A stretch of 55,570 nt of DNA, the filler included, from Platydemus manokwari (lineage: Eukaryota), in the NCBI GenBank assembly GCA_037951405.1. It is 5 parts of 5 records of this genome, joined end to end, with 100 filler letters (N's around TTAATTAATTAA, not from the genome) between each part and the next. Parts side by side here need not be neighbours in the genome. Positions count along the whole stretch, not along the records: positions 12,677 to 22,002 come from JBBMOY011264318.1; positions 22,103 to 33,414 come from JBBMOY010771091.1; 3 more parts are not named here. The stretch is one strand, 5' to 3'. Position numbers and translations under genes: made by a program. The notes below the pieces were generated by a model. It did not search any database and was not told the DNA's origin. It saw only the letters and a program-made list of their open reading frames with translations. Position 1 is the first letter of the stretch. Each line of letters opens with the position of its first letter. This document shows, in pieces, positions 12,999 through 23,781 of this stretch.

Positions 12999-15900
12999 TT
13001 GGTGGCGAGACCTGTTGAATCTGTAGTCCACATAAAGTTCAATAATGGAAACAAAAATTGCGAATATAAAACCGGCTCCTAACAGTAGAAATACCCCTCC
13101 AACCTGGTGGATATTCAGTGCAGATGTGTGTGTGGTTTTATCTACGATATCGCATGATTGCGTGACATTTACCTCTCGCAACCATTTGTGTAAAAGAACA
13201 GCAAGTTTCTGAGATTTTTGTAATTTTAAAATCATTCTCGACATTTTATTTCTAAGAGAAGAACCTAAAATCGAATAACAAATGTTATCCAATAAAAGTA
13301 ATTCACCGGTTGGAAATCCAATTCCATAACCTTTTAGATCCAGTAAATCACCAACACGTATCAATTGACAGTTTTGTTCTGTATAATAGTCATTCATCAC
13401 TGATTCGAGAAGAAAAGCGTATTTCCCATTCGAGTTAAGAACTTTATTAACACCGTCCTTGGTCGTTGGTACTAAAACATCTGGATTTTTCTTCATGAAC
13501 TCAGCCATTTTCTTGTAAGTGGAAATCTGAGAATTCTACAATTTTTAGACATCAAATTTATCCCACATTTTTTATTAACAAACTCAATGACAACAATATA
13601 ATACTACTTTCAAATATTACTTGACGGGTTTTTACCAGCATAAATTAATATAGTCAGATAAAGGTCTCCTAAATTATAATTGCAGCTTCTAACTCGATAT
13701 TTTTCATTTTTTATTGAATTTTTAACACAATTAATTGATATCAATTATTTCACCACGGTTTTTCACAGCGAGTGATTCACTAAAAACGGGAACAGTGTAT
13801 TCGACATTTCATTCATCTAAGAGTGATATCCTCTGGCATCACTTGACCATTATCGCTTTACCAATATCTCCAACAATATTTAACAAATCAGTCGATATAA
13901 TATCTCTCATTACATATTGTTCCAATAATAAATGTCTTCCCTCTTTGATTTCATTTCAGTTTTTAAATTTAAATTGAGCACAAACGTGAACAATTATTGA
14001 TTTCCGTTATTATAAATCTTGATGATAATTTCATCATTTTGCATTCTGCAGAAATATTAGTGAAGGAATTCTCTAATTGTTTAACATCAACCAATTTATT
14101 AGACCTAAAAATGAAGAAATATCACGAGATATTCTAGAAACAGGATGTCGAGAAGGAGTCATCTTTGATAAACGTATTTCACCTATCGTTACATAAATCA
14201 GATCATTGCCAAGATAACTCTTATCAAATTATTTGTCCATCATATATTCGAGCTTCGATTTGTATTTTTCATGTCAAATAATTTTCTAACTCATAACGTT
14301 TATCGGACTCGGTGACAAATAACCGTTCTCATAATGATATCAAAATTATTTTTTCTGAATACCTTTTAATTAATTTGTTTACTTAATAATTATTTGTTTA
14401 CTTAATCAATATTTGTTTATTTAGTCATTATTTGTTTATTATTTTAACAATAATATCTATAATCCATAAAATATTTACTGAAATAAGTCGAAAAATTGGA
14501 TTATATTTAGACAGTAGCTAATTATTTCATAGCATCATATGTAGATAGGGCAATATTTATCAAAGATCAACAAATAAAGGCACTATTCTATAAACGTTAT
14601 CACCAATAACTACATAAATCATCGAGTAATTAAATCTAAATATGATATCGAAAATCGTGGTTTGCCTGATATTTTCGACAACATTTATATGTTAATAGAT
14701 CTGCGTTTATCAACTCCACTTGTTGTTTTATTATGTTTTTTAAAATACCATAAATATAACCTCAAAAAACTGTTCAGACGATCCACCTTTTATTGTACCG
14801 TACTTAATTTTTGACTGTTTCACCAGATCTTCGACGCTTTTGATGGGCAGAATCAAACGTTCGACAGTGAGGAATGCGGCTAAATTTGCGGTGTATGTTG
14901 ACATAATGATCAATGTGAAAATCCACCATGCACCCGAAACAATTCTCGTCGACGAGGCCTGCGGACAGAATTCCAAACCTTAAAAATATTTTATGATGAA
15001 AACAAAAGTACCTAACAAATACCTAGTCGTATTTATTGAATGTTAAATATCACAGTAATCTCTTATTTAAATTTTGATTATAAGGAGGCATGTAGAGCGT
15101 TAGTTACTACTGTCATATAAAAGGCGCATCGAAAACGAAATTAAATCTGCAGAAATTTAATTAAATTTATATATTTAATATACGCTCACTGATGAATTCG
15201 AATTTAGAGTAATTTGATTAAATAATTTGTGGGCAGTTTTTATTATCATTATTTTGAAAAATATTAGAATCTCGAATTGTCGGAAATTTAATGGTATGCA
15301 GGAGATTATTGCGAACATCTCACCGCAATTAATTACAAATTATTTAATCAAAGATTACACCATCAAACATGGATAATCAACCAAAACAACATGCGTACCC
15401 CACTATATCACACCATTGAATGAAACATTGATGCGACAAAAACTCGAAAAAAAGTGAATAAAAATTGCATTATTTATTGCAATGATAGGGCATGACAATC
15501 TCACCTTGTCTTACCAAGGCTCCTGTTGTAAACCAAAGGCTATTCAAAAGATTAAATTGATTTTCTGACTCCCTGTGAATTGTGCAATGAGGTGTTTGCA
15601 GATACTCATAAGGGGTGACATGCGAAATGAGGAATATGATGAGACTCACGCTTATATAAGCGCTGATCACATAAATCCATACCTAAAAACAAATATCAAC
15701 ATCAATCTATTATTAATCCATTTATAACCGGGGGTGACAACGGTGAGAGAAAAGAAAATAATCCAGGAGGCTCTTTCTTCGGCTTGAGAAACATGATACT
15801 CAAGCCCAAACTCATGAAAGGAGTAGTGAAATCGACAACTTTCTCTCGCTCGTAAGAAATTGTCATGGGACCTACAGCCAGATCAGCCTCCTAAATTGAT

Positions 15901-18900
15901 GAATAAATTAATATAAAAAATAATAAATATTAGTAAAGCATGTGACGAATAAAGCCAATTAATCCTTGTGTTATCAGGAATATTAAATTTCACGTTTCTC
16001 AATAATTCGTCACGATTAAACAAACCGTATATCATACTAGAGTTAATGTGATGTCGAGAGTTTCGTAATTTCCAGACGTGTTTCATATTTCCTTTCATTC
16101 GACTTTATTTTCTTACCAACTGACCAGATCGATAAAAAATATTTTTGTCATGGAAATACAAACATTGACCGGATTATATTAAAATATTTATCAAAAACCT
16201 TTCACCTGAAAAGTTATGCTAAGATATGATGGACAATCTCATTCCCAAAACATCATAGGCAGTTGAAATAATAAAATAACTTGTGCTCTACATGACTGGT
16301 AGTAGCGTTGATTCTTGATTATCAACATTAAATATTATTAAATTCAGAATCCAAACACTGTGTTAGGGAAGAGCTTTAGCTATATTTTGATTATAATTCA
16401 GGATATATTATAAATATATCTTTAATTTTTAAAATTCTATTTCAAATATCCTCCAATGGCAATATTTCAAATCGCTAACATTGGCCATTAAAATATCCAA
16501 TATATTTCCATTGTTTTCAGTGATTAGAATTATGGTTTTAGCATTTAAAATGTTGTAAGACCTTGTGATTATTTATCATTTCATCTTGAAGATTTTCGAC
16601 TTAAAGATTTAGAAAAAATTGAAATAAATTTCTGATTATTATGAATTATTTAGATATTGATTGGTAAAATGATTGGTGGAATTAATGAATCATTACATTT
16701 GACATCAGTTCACCTATCATCCCGTTCCATTGAACTGACCCGTCTTCATTTGTTGAATTCGAAACGGGCGATCCGAATTGATTATCCTTGACAAGATGAA
16801 TTGTGAATTTAAAATTAAAATCTCTGCTAATCTCATTTAGCAATTCTATGCAGAATCCGTCCCAAGCCTCGACATTCGTGTCATAGTTTTCCGTATCAAT
16901 GTTGCCGTGCTTGTATATAACGAAAGGCTCAATCTACAACAAAAAGATAACAACTCTTATTGAAGTTCACTTAAACGATCAGCAAAAAAGTAGAATTTTT
17001 GAATCTGATAGAATATCTATTTGATGTACAAAAGAAAAATTTAAACATGCGACATATAACCATTCAAATTATAATCCATTAATTTTAATATAAATAATCC
17101 AATCCAATCCAATTCAACTTAATCCATGTCAATCCAATTAAATTCAATCCTATCCAATCAAACCCAACCCAATTCAATCCAATCCAATTAAATTAAATCC
17201 AATCCAACTCAAACCAATCCAATCAAATTCAATCCACCCAAATCCAATCCAATCCAATTCAATCCACCCAAATCCAATCAAATCCAACTCAAACCAATCC
17301 AATTCAATCCACCCATATCCAATCCAATCCAACTCAATCCACCCAAATCCAATCCAATCCTATCAAATCCAATTCAATCAAATCCAATTCAATCCACCCA
17401 TATCCAATCCAATCCAACTCAATCCACCCAAATCCAATCCAATCTAATCAAATCCAATCAAATCCAACTCAAACCAATCCAATGCAATCCACCCAAATCC
17501 AATCCAATTAAATCCAACTCAAACCAATCCAACTCAATCCACCCAAATCCAATCCAATTCAATCCACCTAAATCCAATCCAATTCAATCCACCCAAATCC
17601 AATCCAATCAAATCCAATTTAATCAAATCCAATTAAATCCACCCAAATCCAATCCAATCCAATCAAATCCAATTCAATCCACCCAAATCCAATCCAATCC
17701 AATCCAATCAAATCCAATTCAATCCACCCAAATCCAATTCAATCCACCCAACTCAAACCAATCCACCCAAATCCAATTCAATCAAATCCAACTCAATCCA
17801 CCCAACTCAAACCAATCCGATTCAATCCACCCAAATCCAATCCAACTCTATCCAATCCAATTCCATCCAATCCAATTCCATCCAATCAAATCCAATCTAA
17901 TCCAATTCCATAAGAATCAATTCAATTCAACATAACACTACATTAATCTAAATTTAATAGAGATTGATCTCATTCATAACCAGTTATTGTAGAAGTACAA
18001 ACCCTTTCTTGACAACACGAGCATTGATTAAATGGCAGAAACTAATTCAAGAGCTAATCATTGATTTATTTATATTTTTCCTATTTAATTTAATCAATAA
18101 CATTAATCAATGCTCACATTGTTATTGTGCGTTTGACATGATATTATTTTATTGATTTGTCTCCATTAACTATCATCTACCAACAATCATATCGAACCAG
18201 TGATTCAAAGACCAATGACAATAGTATTTTCGTGGAGAATTTTGAAATTATCAAGATAGATGAATCGATATTAAAAATATCTTTGAAATAATCTTCAAAA
18301 AAATGATAAAGCTCTAATCAAAAGATGGGTAACTCATTAATTTAAAATTTTAATGGTTTGAATGAACTTTGGATTTCACCACAGTTTTTCTAAACATCCT
18401 TCTTTGCATCGATTTTTCTTTATATCAATGTTTGAGATACAAGAAACATGACTGAGATCACGTTATAACACCTATATCTTCTCCTGAGACGCGTTCTTTA
18501 GAAGATTCATACATATCACTCTTAGCACCAGTGAAAAAGCTCATAAAATCAATATGGGTTATCGATTGGATCTGATTTATTATCAAATAATATGAGCTAA
18601 TAAGATTGAACTCGTATTGATCGTTTCTAAAAGTTGAATTACCCTAATTTGATTTTGTTCCTTGTATTTATATCAGCATTGTTTAGGGTAATTTTGTGCA
18701 TTGTCATCTTGGGATTGCTCTTAAATTTTGATATCAGCTTTACGACTTCGAACAGCTTATAAGAGTCCCTATAAACGAAATTTCGTCAGTATGGACAGCT
18801 TTGTTAAGAACATACAGATGTTGAGATTGTTTCAAAACATTTCAACATTCTCTCAATGTCTATATAAGTGAGTGTTACACCATTGTTTGGTGGTCAATTA

Positions 18901-21714
18901 ACGTAGCACATAGCAGAGTATTACTCAAGGTCATTGTTCAAATGAAACATACGATCGAGTATTCTCGACATAATCCAATAATCTTATAGGAATATTCACG
19001 AGGTGATATATATACAAAGTTTGACACAACAAATCACAATCATTTTCATTGGATAGATTTCCTGATTGATTTCTATAATCGTGTTTAGGTTTTTGAAGCT
19101 GGTACATGAATAATTTGAGTTATAAACACACTATTTTTAAATATTATTTGTGCCCATGTTGTGCCTGATTCCAAAGGCGCAGTAAAAGAAATAGTGGTAC
19201 TAATTTGAAGATAAATAAGTAAAAATAAATTAGAACATGACAATATAATTTTCAAATCAATCAATGTACGATAATCAATTACAAGTAATAGATGAAATAA
19301 TAATGATTAATAAATAAACGTTAACAAATAACAACTAACCAGGTATTTTATGAGTTTTTTTTAAAAATTATTCGTTATTGTCTTGTGTAGAATATTAAGA
19401 GATCCTTGTGCGGAGAGCTGCAAGGTCCTTTTGGTTGATTTTATGATAGTTGAGACCTACAAAGTCCGGCAACTATTAAGAACAAGATGTGATGAGTTTA
19501 AATAATGTTTCTTTGCTAGGGTTTCGTTTTGAAAATAACTCCTCTAATATCTGTGGATAAAGGTGGATTTTACATAATCCGTTATAAGTGGTGCGTGATA
19601 TTTCTAGTAATGTCAGTGCAAACTGTCGTCATAGTACTATAAATAATTATGGACCTTGTCTGGTTTCAGATGTTTTATTTTATACTAATTCTTATTTTTG
19701 ATATTTTTATATTTTATCTGTGCTATTTTTAGATCTTCAGTTTCTTATACTCTAATTTTAGTATCTTCTAATTATTTATTCTATTTTTATTATTGATAAA
19801 TTTTATTCATGGATTTGAGGGTCTGGTACCTGGTTGATTAAAAAAATTATAAGTAGTTTTAATTGTTATTTATTTTCCGGTATTTGGTACCAAACAGTTG
19901 TTATTAGTAGCTCACTCAAGCAGATTTTGAAATTCACGATAACTAATCATGGAGAAGTTTGATGGAACCTATTCGAGAAATGTATTATTGAAAACATCTT
20001 TAAACAAAAGAAAATATTTCCGAAAGACCTCAAAATGATTGCCAATCTTAAACACGAAGATGTGGAAATGAAAATATGAAAATTATTCAAAGTTATTTCA
20101 AAATAAATTTTCAAATGACTCATTACAATTCTCCATTCAAAACATGTTATTTATTCATCACCGAGAGACATAACCTATCTAATATTGACGATTCAATCCA
20201 ATCAATTCTCACAATATAGGACTATCCTGTGACAAATATTTTGTTGTACTTTATTTGAGAAAGCTTTAAACAACTAAAATATTAAATTTCCGTTACCAAT
20301 TTATTGAATATCTTTAACGCTTCTCAATAATTTTTTTCTTAAAGGTATCCCATATCAGAAGAGAGGTGTAAAAGTACTCATTTTTTATTAGTAGATTATG
20401 TTTTTGATATTCACAATGAAGGGCATGTTGAAAATATCGAAGTGGTATTGAAACATATCAATACTCAAACCAAATCAATATTAAATGAATATTGAAGATT
20501 CCATACAATAAGCGATGCCTGGAATAGGAAATTGTATATCATTATATGGGTTATTACGTTACTAGGAATACAACATGCTTGTTCATTCCTAATAATTCCA
20601 AGAAAACTTCCCGCCATAACTTTATTGATTTATTCTCAAATGATGGCCTATTTTAACATTTTATTCAAAAATTTGTACTAATTTTATCAAATCATTTTAC
20701 TGTCTTAGAATATCATTTTCCTGACACGCGATAATTCAATATTGAAAGTAATTTTTTTTCTATAATAAATCGTTAAATGTCGATAATATTGTACGCTTGA
20801 TTTGTGGCTTAGCCATGATTCCTCTCTCATGTGACAATGAAATCCAATATATTGTTTGAGTGAATGAGTCAGTGGCCAATGTAAATCTACCACTAATATA
20901 TCGATCCATTGGTTAGAAAGTGTCTAATAAACTCCATTTCCAATATTACATGATGTCCATAATTTCATCATATTTCGATTTATTCCAAAATTAACATATT
21001 TGAGCATTTTTTCGTCAGTGATAGTTGGCGAGAGAATGTAGGAACAAAATTACAGAGAATCATGAATAATAAATGGTAAGTTAATTGACCAGAGAGTATT
21101 GATTGAATGTGGTTTTGTCGAATAAATTTTTAATTATAATGAACTGGAGTTAATTGATGGAACTAATCAAGAAATTGACAATTTATTTATCTCTCTCTCT
21201 CTGTGTGTATCGGGCAATAAATTAAACAACAGAAATAGATGAAAAAGACACGAAACAGATTGAATTAATTAATTATTATAATATGCTGTCATATAATTTC
21301 GATTGATTTTGATTTGGGTTAGAAAGGAGATCGATTTGAAATCAATAAAACATAATCATAAACAATGTGTTTGTTATTCGATAATTCAATTTGTCATAGC
21401 AACGATTCATTTTATTCATTCTACAGAAAATTAAAATATCTGTTAATTCCATCTTGGTCACATAAGGTGATGATTTTATCTCCAAATACAGACATATATT
21501 TACAGCCATATTTGCAGGTCACTAGTGGGTATGAGCTGATCAATAATTGCGAATCACAATTTGTCATCAGATTTATTTTATCAATTTATTTTCAAATACA
21601 ACTAACCAAAATTGTTGTGACTCTCAGGGGTTTTGGAGCAATTATTGGATTTGGAATGATTGGTTCAGGTGGTTTAGGATAAATTATGAATTTATTTCCA
21701 TCCCAATGACCACT
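12999..21714 (-). CDS. Ionotropic glutamate receptor, kainate/AMPA type (kainate-like), partial: ATD and extreme C-terminus not resolved
   Basis: In-frame GT-AG exons: 21607-21714 (SGHWDG...LRVTTIL), 16697-16933 (IEPFV...DGFCIELL...WNGMIGEL), 15729-15890 ([25 protein letters not shown]...[11 protein letters not shown]), 15505-15682 (M1, M2 [14 protein letters not shown]), 14761-14978 (M3 [14 protein letters not shown]), 13307-13535 (YAFLLES...KGYGIG), 12999-13264 (M4 GGVFLLL). STRIV and FSFLSPLSP resemble GluK subunits. Confidence 0.92.
14367..14442. repeat. ~19-bp tandem repeat x4 in an iGluR intron
   Basis: Units of the form TTAATAATTATTTGTTTAY, each containing TGTTTAC or TGTTTAT. Confidence 0.7.
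17095..17930. repeat. (AATCC/CCAAT)n pentamer satellite with variants, ~830 bp, intronic
   Basis: Continuous 5-bp periodicity with AATTC, ACCCA, AACTC and AATCA variants; the plus strand is nearly G-free. Confidence 0.95.
20300..20620 (-). mobile_element. Highly decayed LTR-retrotransposon RT-like remnant
   Basis: Minus-strand fragments such as DIQFPIPGI and a later IPF-like segment are spaced roughly like the Gypsy RT 'D.YPIP.I ... MPFG' motifs; many stops. Confidence 0.25.
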
Positions 21715-21893
21715 CTAAATGCAAATAAGTTACTAATAAATAAATTGTATTCATGTCAAGCTATGAATGGATAAAAACTAAGAAGGCTTTAAAAGTTTAG
21801 ACTTGTGTATAGAAAGACAGTATAGACATGGTTAACAAAATCAATATTATATATAATCAGCATCGTTGTGGTAGAGCATCAGTATTTGGATCA

Positions 21894-21955
<62 letters not shown>
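21894..21955. repeat. (AAT)n microsatellite
   Basis: Near-perfect trinucleotide array. Confidence 0.95.
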
Positions 21956-21956
<1 letters not shown>

Positions 21957-22002
21957 CGCAAGACTTATTAAGACAAGCTGATTCTAAAAATTCTAAAAAT
22001 TT

Positions 22003-22102
22003 NNNNNNNNNNNNNNNNNNNNNNNNNNNNNNNNNNNNNNNNNNNNTTAATTAATTAANNNNNNNNNNNNNNNNNNNNNNNNNNNNNNNNNNNNNNNNNN
22101 NN
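22003..22102. other. Artificial linker N44-TTAATTAATTAA-N44
   Basis: Same as 12577-12676. Confidence 0.95.
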
Positions 22103-22877
22103 AAATCAAACGTCGCAATTATATGTAAATGTAATTTATAAAATTATCTCATACGCGAAAATTCATTATTACAAAACTAAATTGGTTTTGTCATTATTAG
22201 ATATCCTAAAAAGTGAGATATTAACCCAGTTATACGAATAAATCAAACTTCGCAATTTTAGATAAAATTAAGTTATAAGGTTATGTCGTGCGCAAAAATT
22301 GATTAAAACGAAAGCAGAACTTAAGCCAATCAATAAATAAATCAATGCAAGCAAGACTATGATAAAACAATGGGTTGATTCCAATTATTTTAATTATATT
22401 ATTATAATAATATTATTTAATTATTATTTATTAATATTACCTTTAAAATTATTTTGATCCCATGACAAATTTCCACGACAGTCTCACAAAGCTTCTTGTC
22501 TCATAGTTACGTGGCTCTTTATTTAAAACAATAAGTTCATAATTTTTTAGAATAGTTTTTAGTTCAAGATAATTTCATTGATATTCGAATGAGTCAAAAG
22601 ATACATTGATAGAGAGGTTGTCGTTCAGGAATATTAATTTTTGATTAAGAATTACAACGAAAATATAGATTTGTAAAACACTTAATTGATTCTCACATCA
22701 CTTTCACTGACATTGATATGCCAAAAAAAATAAATTTTTCAACCGCCAACGTGAAATAACATTTTGCAGAATAACTCATATAATCTTATGGTAATGGATC
22801 CGTGATCTTGTTTCTGATTGTCATCTGATATTAACATTATTAATTTGTATTTTAAGATGACAACTACTCTATTTTAT

Positions 22878-22971
22878 TCGGGTCAATGATCTCAATAATA
22901 TCATAACAATATCGGGTCAATGATCTCAATAATATCATAACAATATCGGGTCAATGATCTCAATAATATCA
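22878..22971. repeat. 34-bp tandem repeat (~2.8 copies)
   Basis: Unit TCGGGTCAATGATCTCAATAATATCATAACAATA repeated head-to-tail without spacers. Confidence 0.9.
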
Positions 22972-23108
22972 CAATGGATTCATCGTATTGGATTAGTGAG
23001 AATAGTTATTTGCGAATTTAATGAAAAATTGTATGGTAGGAAATATAATTTAATACATGGTTTACTCCAAGACGCAGGGGAATACACACACAAAGTGACC
23101 GGATAAAT

Positions 23109-23198
23109 CAGAGGTTTTCAAACTTTTTTCTCTCATAGACCCCTTGCAGGTTCTCGTCGACCCTTGGGGATCGATATGGACCACTTTGGGAATCACTG
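23109..23198. mobile_element. hAT (Charlie-like) MITE, 90 bp
   Basis: Ends CAGAGGTTTTCAAA and TTTGGGAATCACTG (reverse complement CAGTGATTCCCAAA); the 8-bp flanks GGATAAAT and GGCTAAAT match at 7/8, as expected for a hAT target-site duplication. Confidence 0.75.
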
Positions 23199-23781
23199 GG
23201 CTAAATCAACGACTGATCATGGATGCATATTGATACCAAATCAAAATGGTAAGGAAAACATAGAATATTTTGAGAGAAATTCAGATAGTTTGTGTATTGA
23301 TCGAAAGAAACTATGTTTTAGTATTGATTAAAATCAATATTATGTAAATAACATTTTCAAATGACATGTCTTGACCTGATAATCATTATAGAATATTCAT
23401 ATTAGAAATTTTCGATTAAATATCATCTCCCTTTATGGATAGAGAATATAAATATAAAGCAATATAGCATTTTGATTTACTCTGATCACTTATTTGCTAG
23501 GTTTGAAGATTAAAAAAATTAAAAATATCAAATGAATTCAGTATTTTCCAATCAGAAAGTAAATCAATAAACCATCCAATCAAATTCAATCTTATAAATC
23601 ATCATAAAATACTACTCAATTGATTAATCATCTGTGAAAATTTTCAAAGAAATTAAGCACAACAAAATAATCGATTTTATTATAAAAAATAGTAATCTGA
23701 ACTCGTCAATTTCCAATCTTTACCATTTTAGCTGAATCAAGAAATATAATCAATAATAAATGCAAAATCGGGCACAATTAA

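Noticed and set aside
19340-19460. Possible extra iGluR exon with AG/GT-like borders and a hairpin
   Set aside because: All frames from the acceptor hit stops, and exon 21607-21714 (LRVTTIL) joins 16933 (IEPFV) without needing it.
21860-21893. tRNA-like A box (GTGGTAGAGCA); B-box-like AATCGAATCCC at ~11618
   Set aside because: No cloverleaf or paired A/B boxes at either site; at most SINE debris.
22878-22971. 34-bp direct repeats as a CRISPR array
   Set aside because: The repeats are contiguous with no unique spacers, the context is eukaryotic and there are no cas genes.
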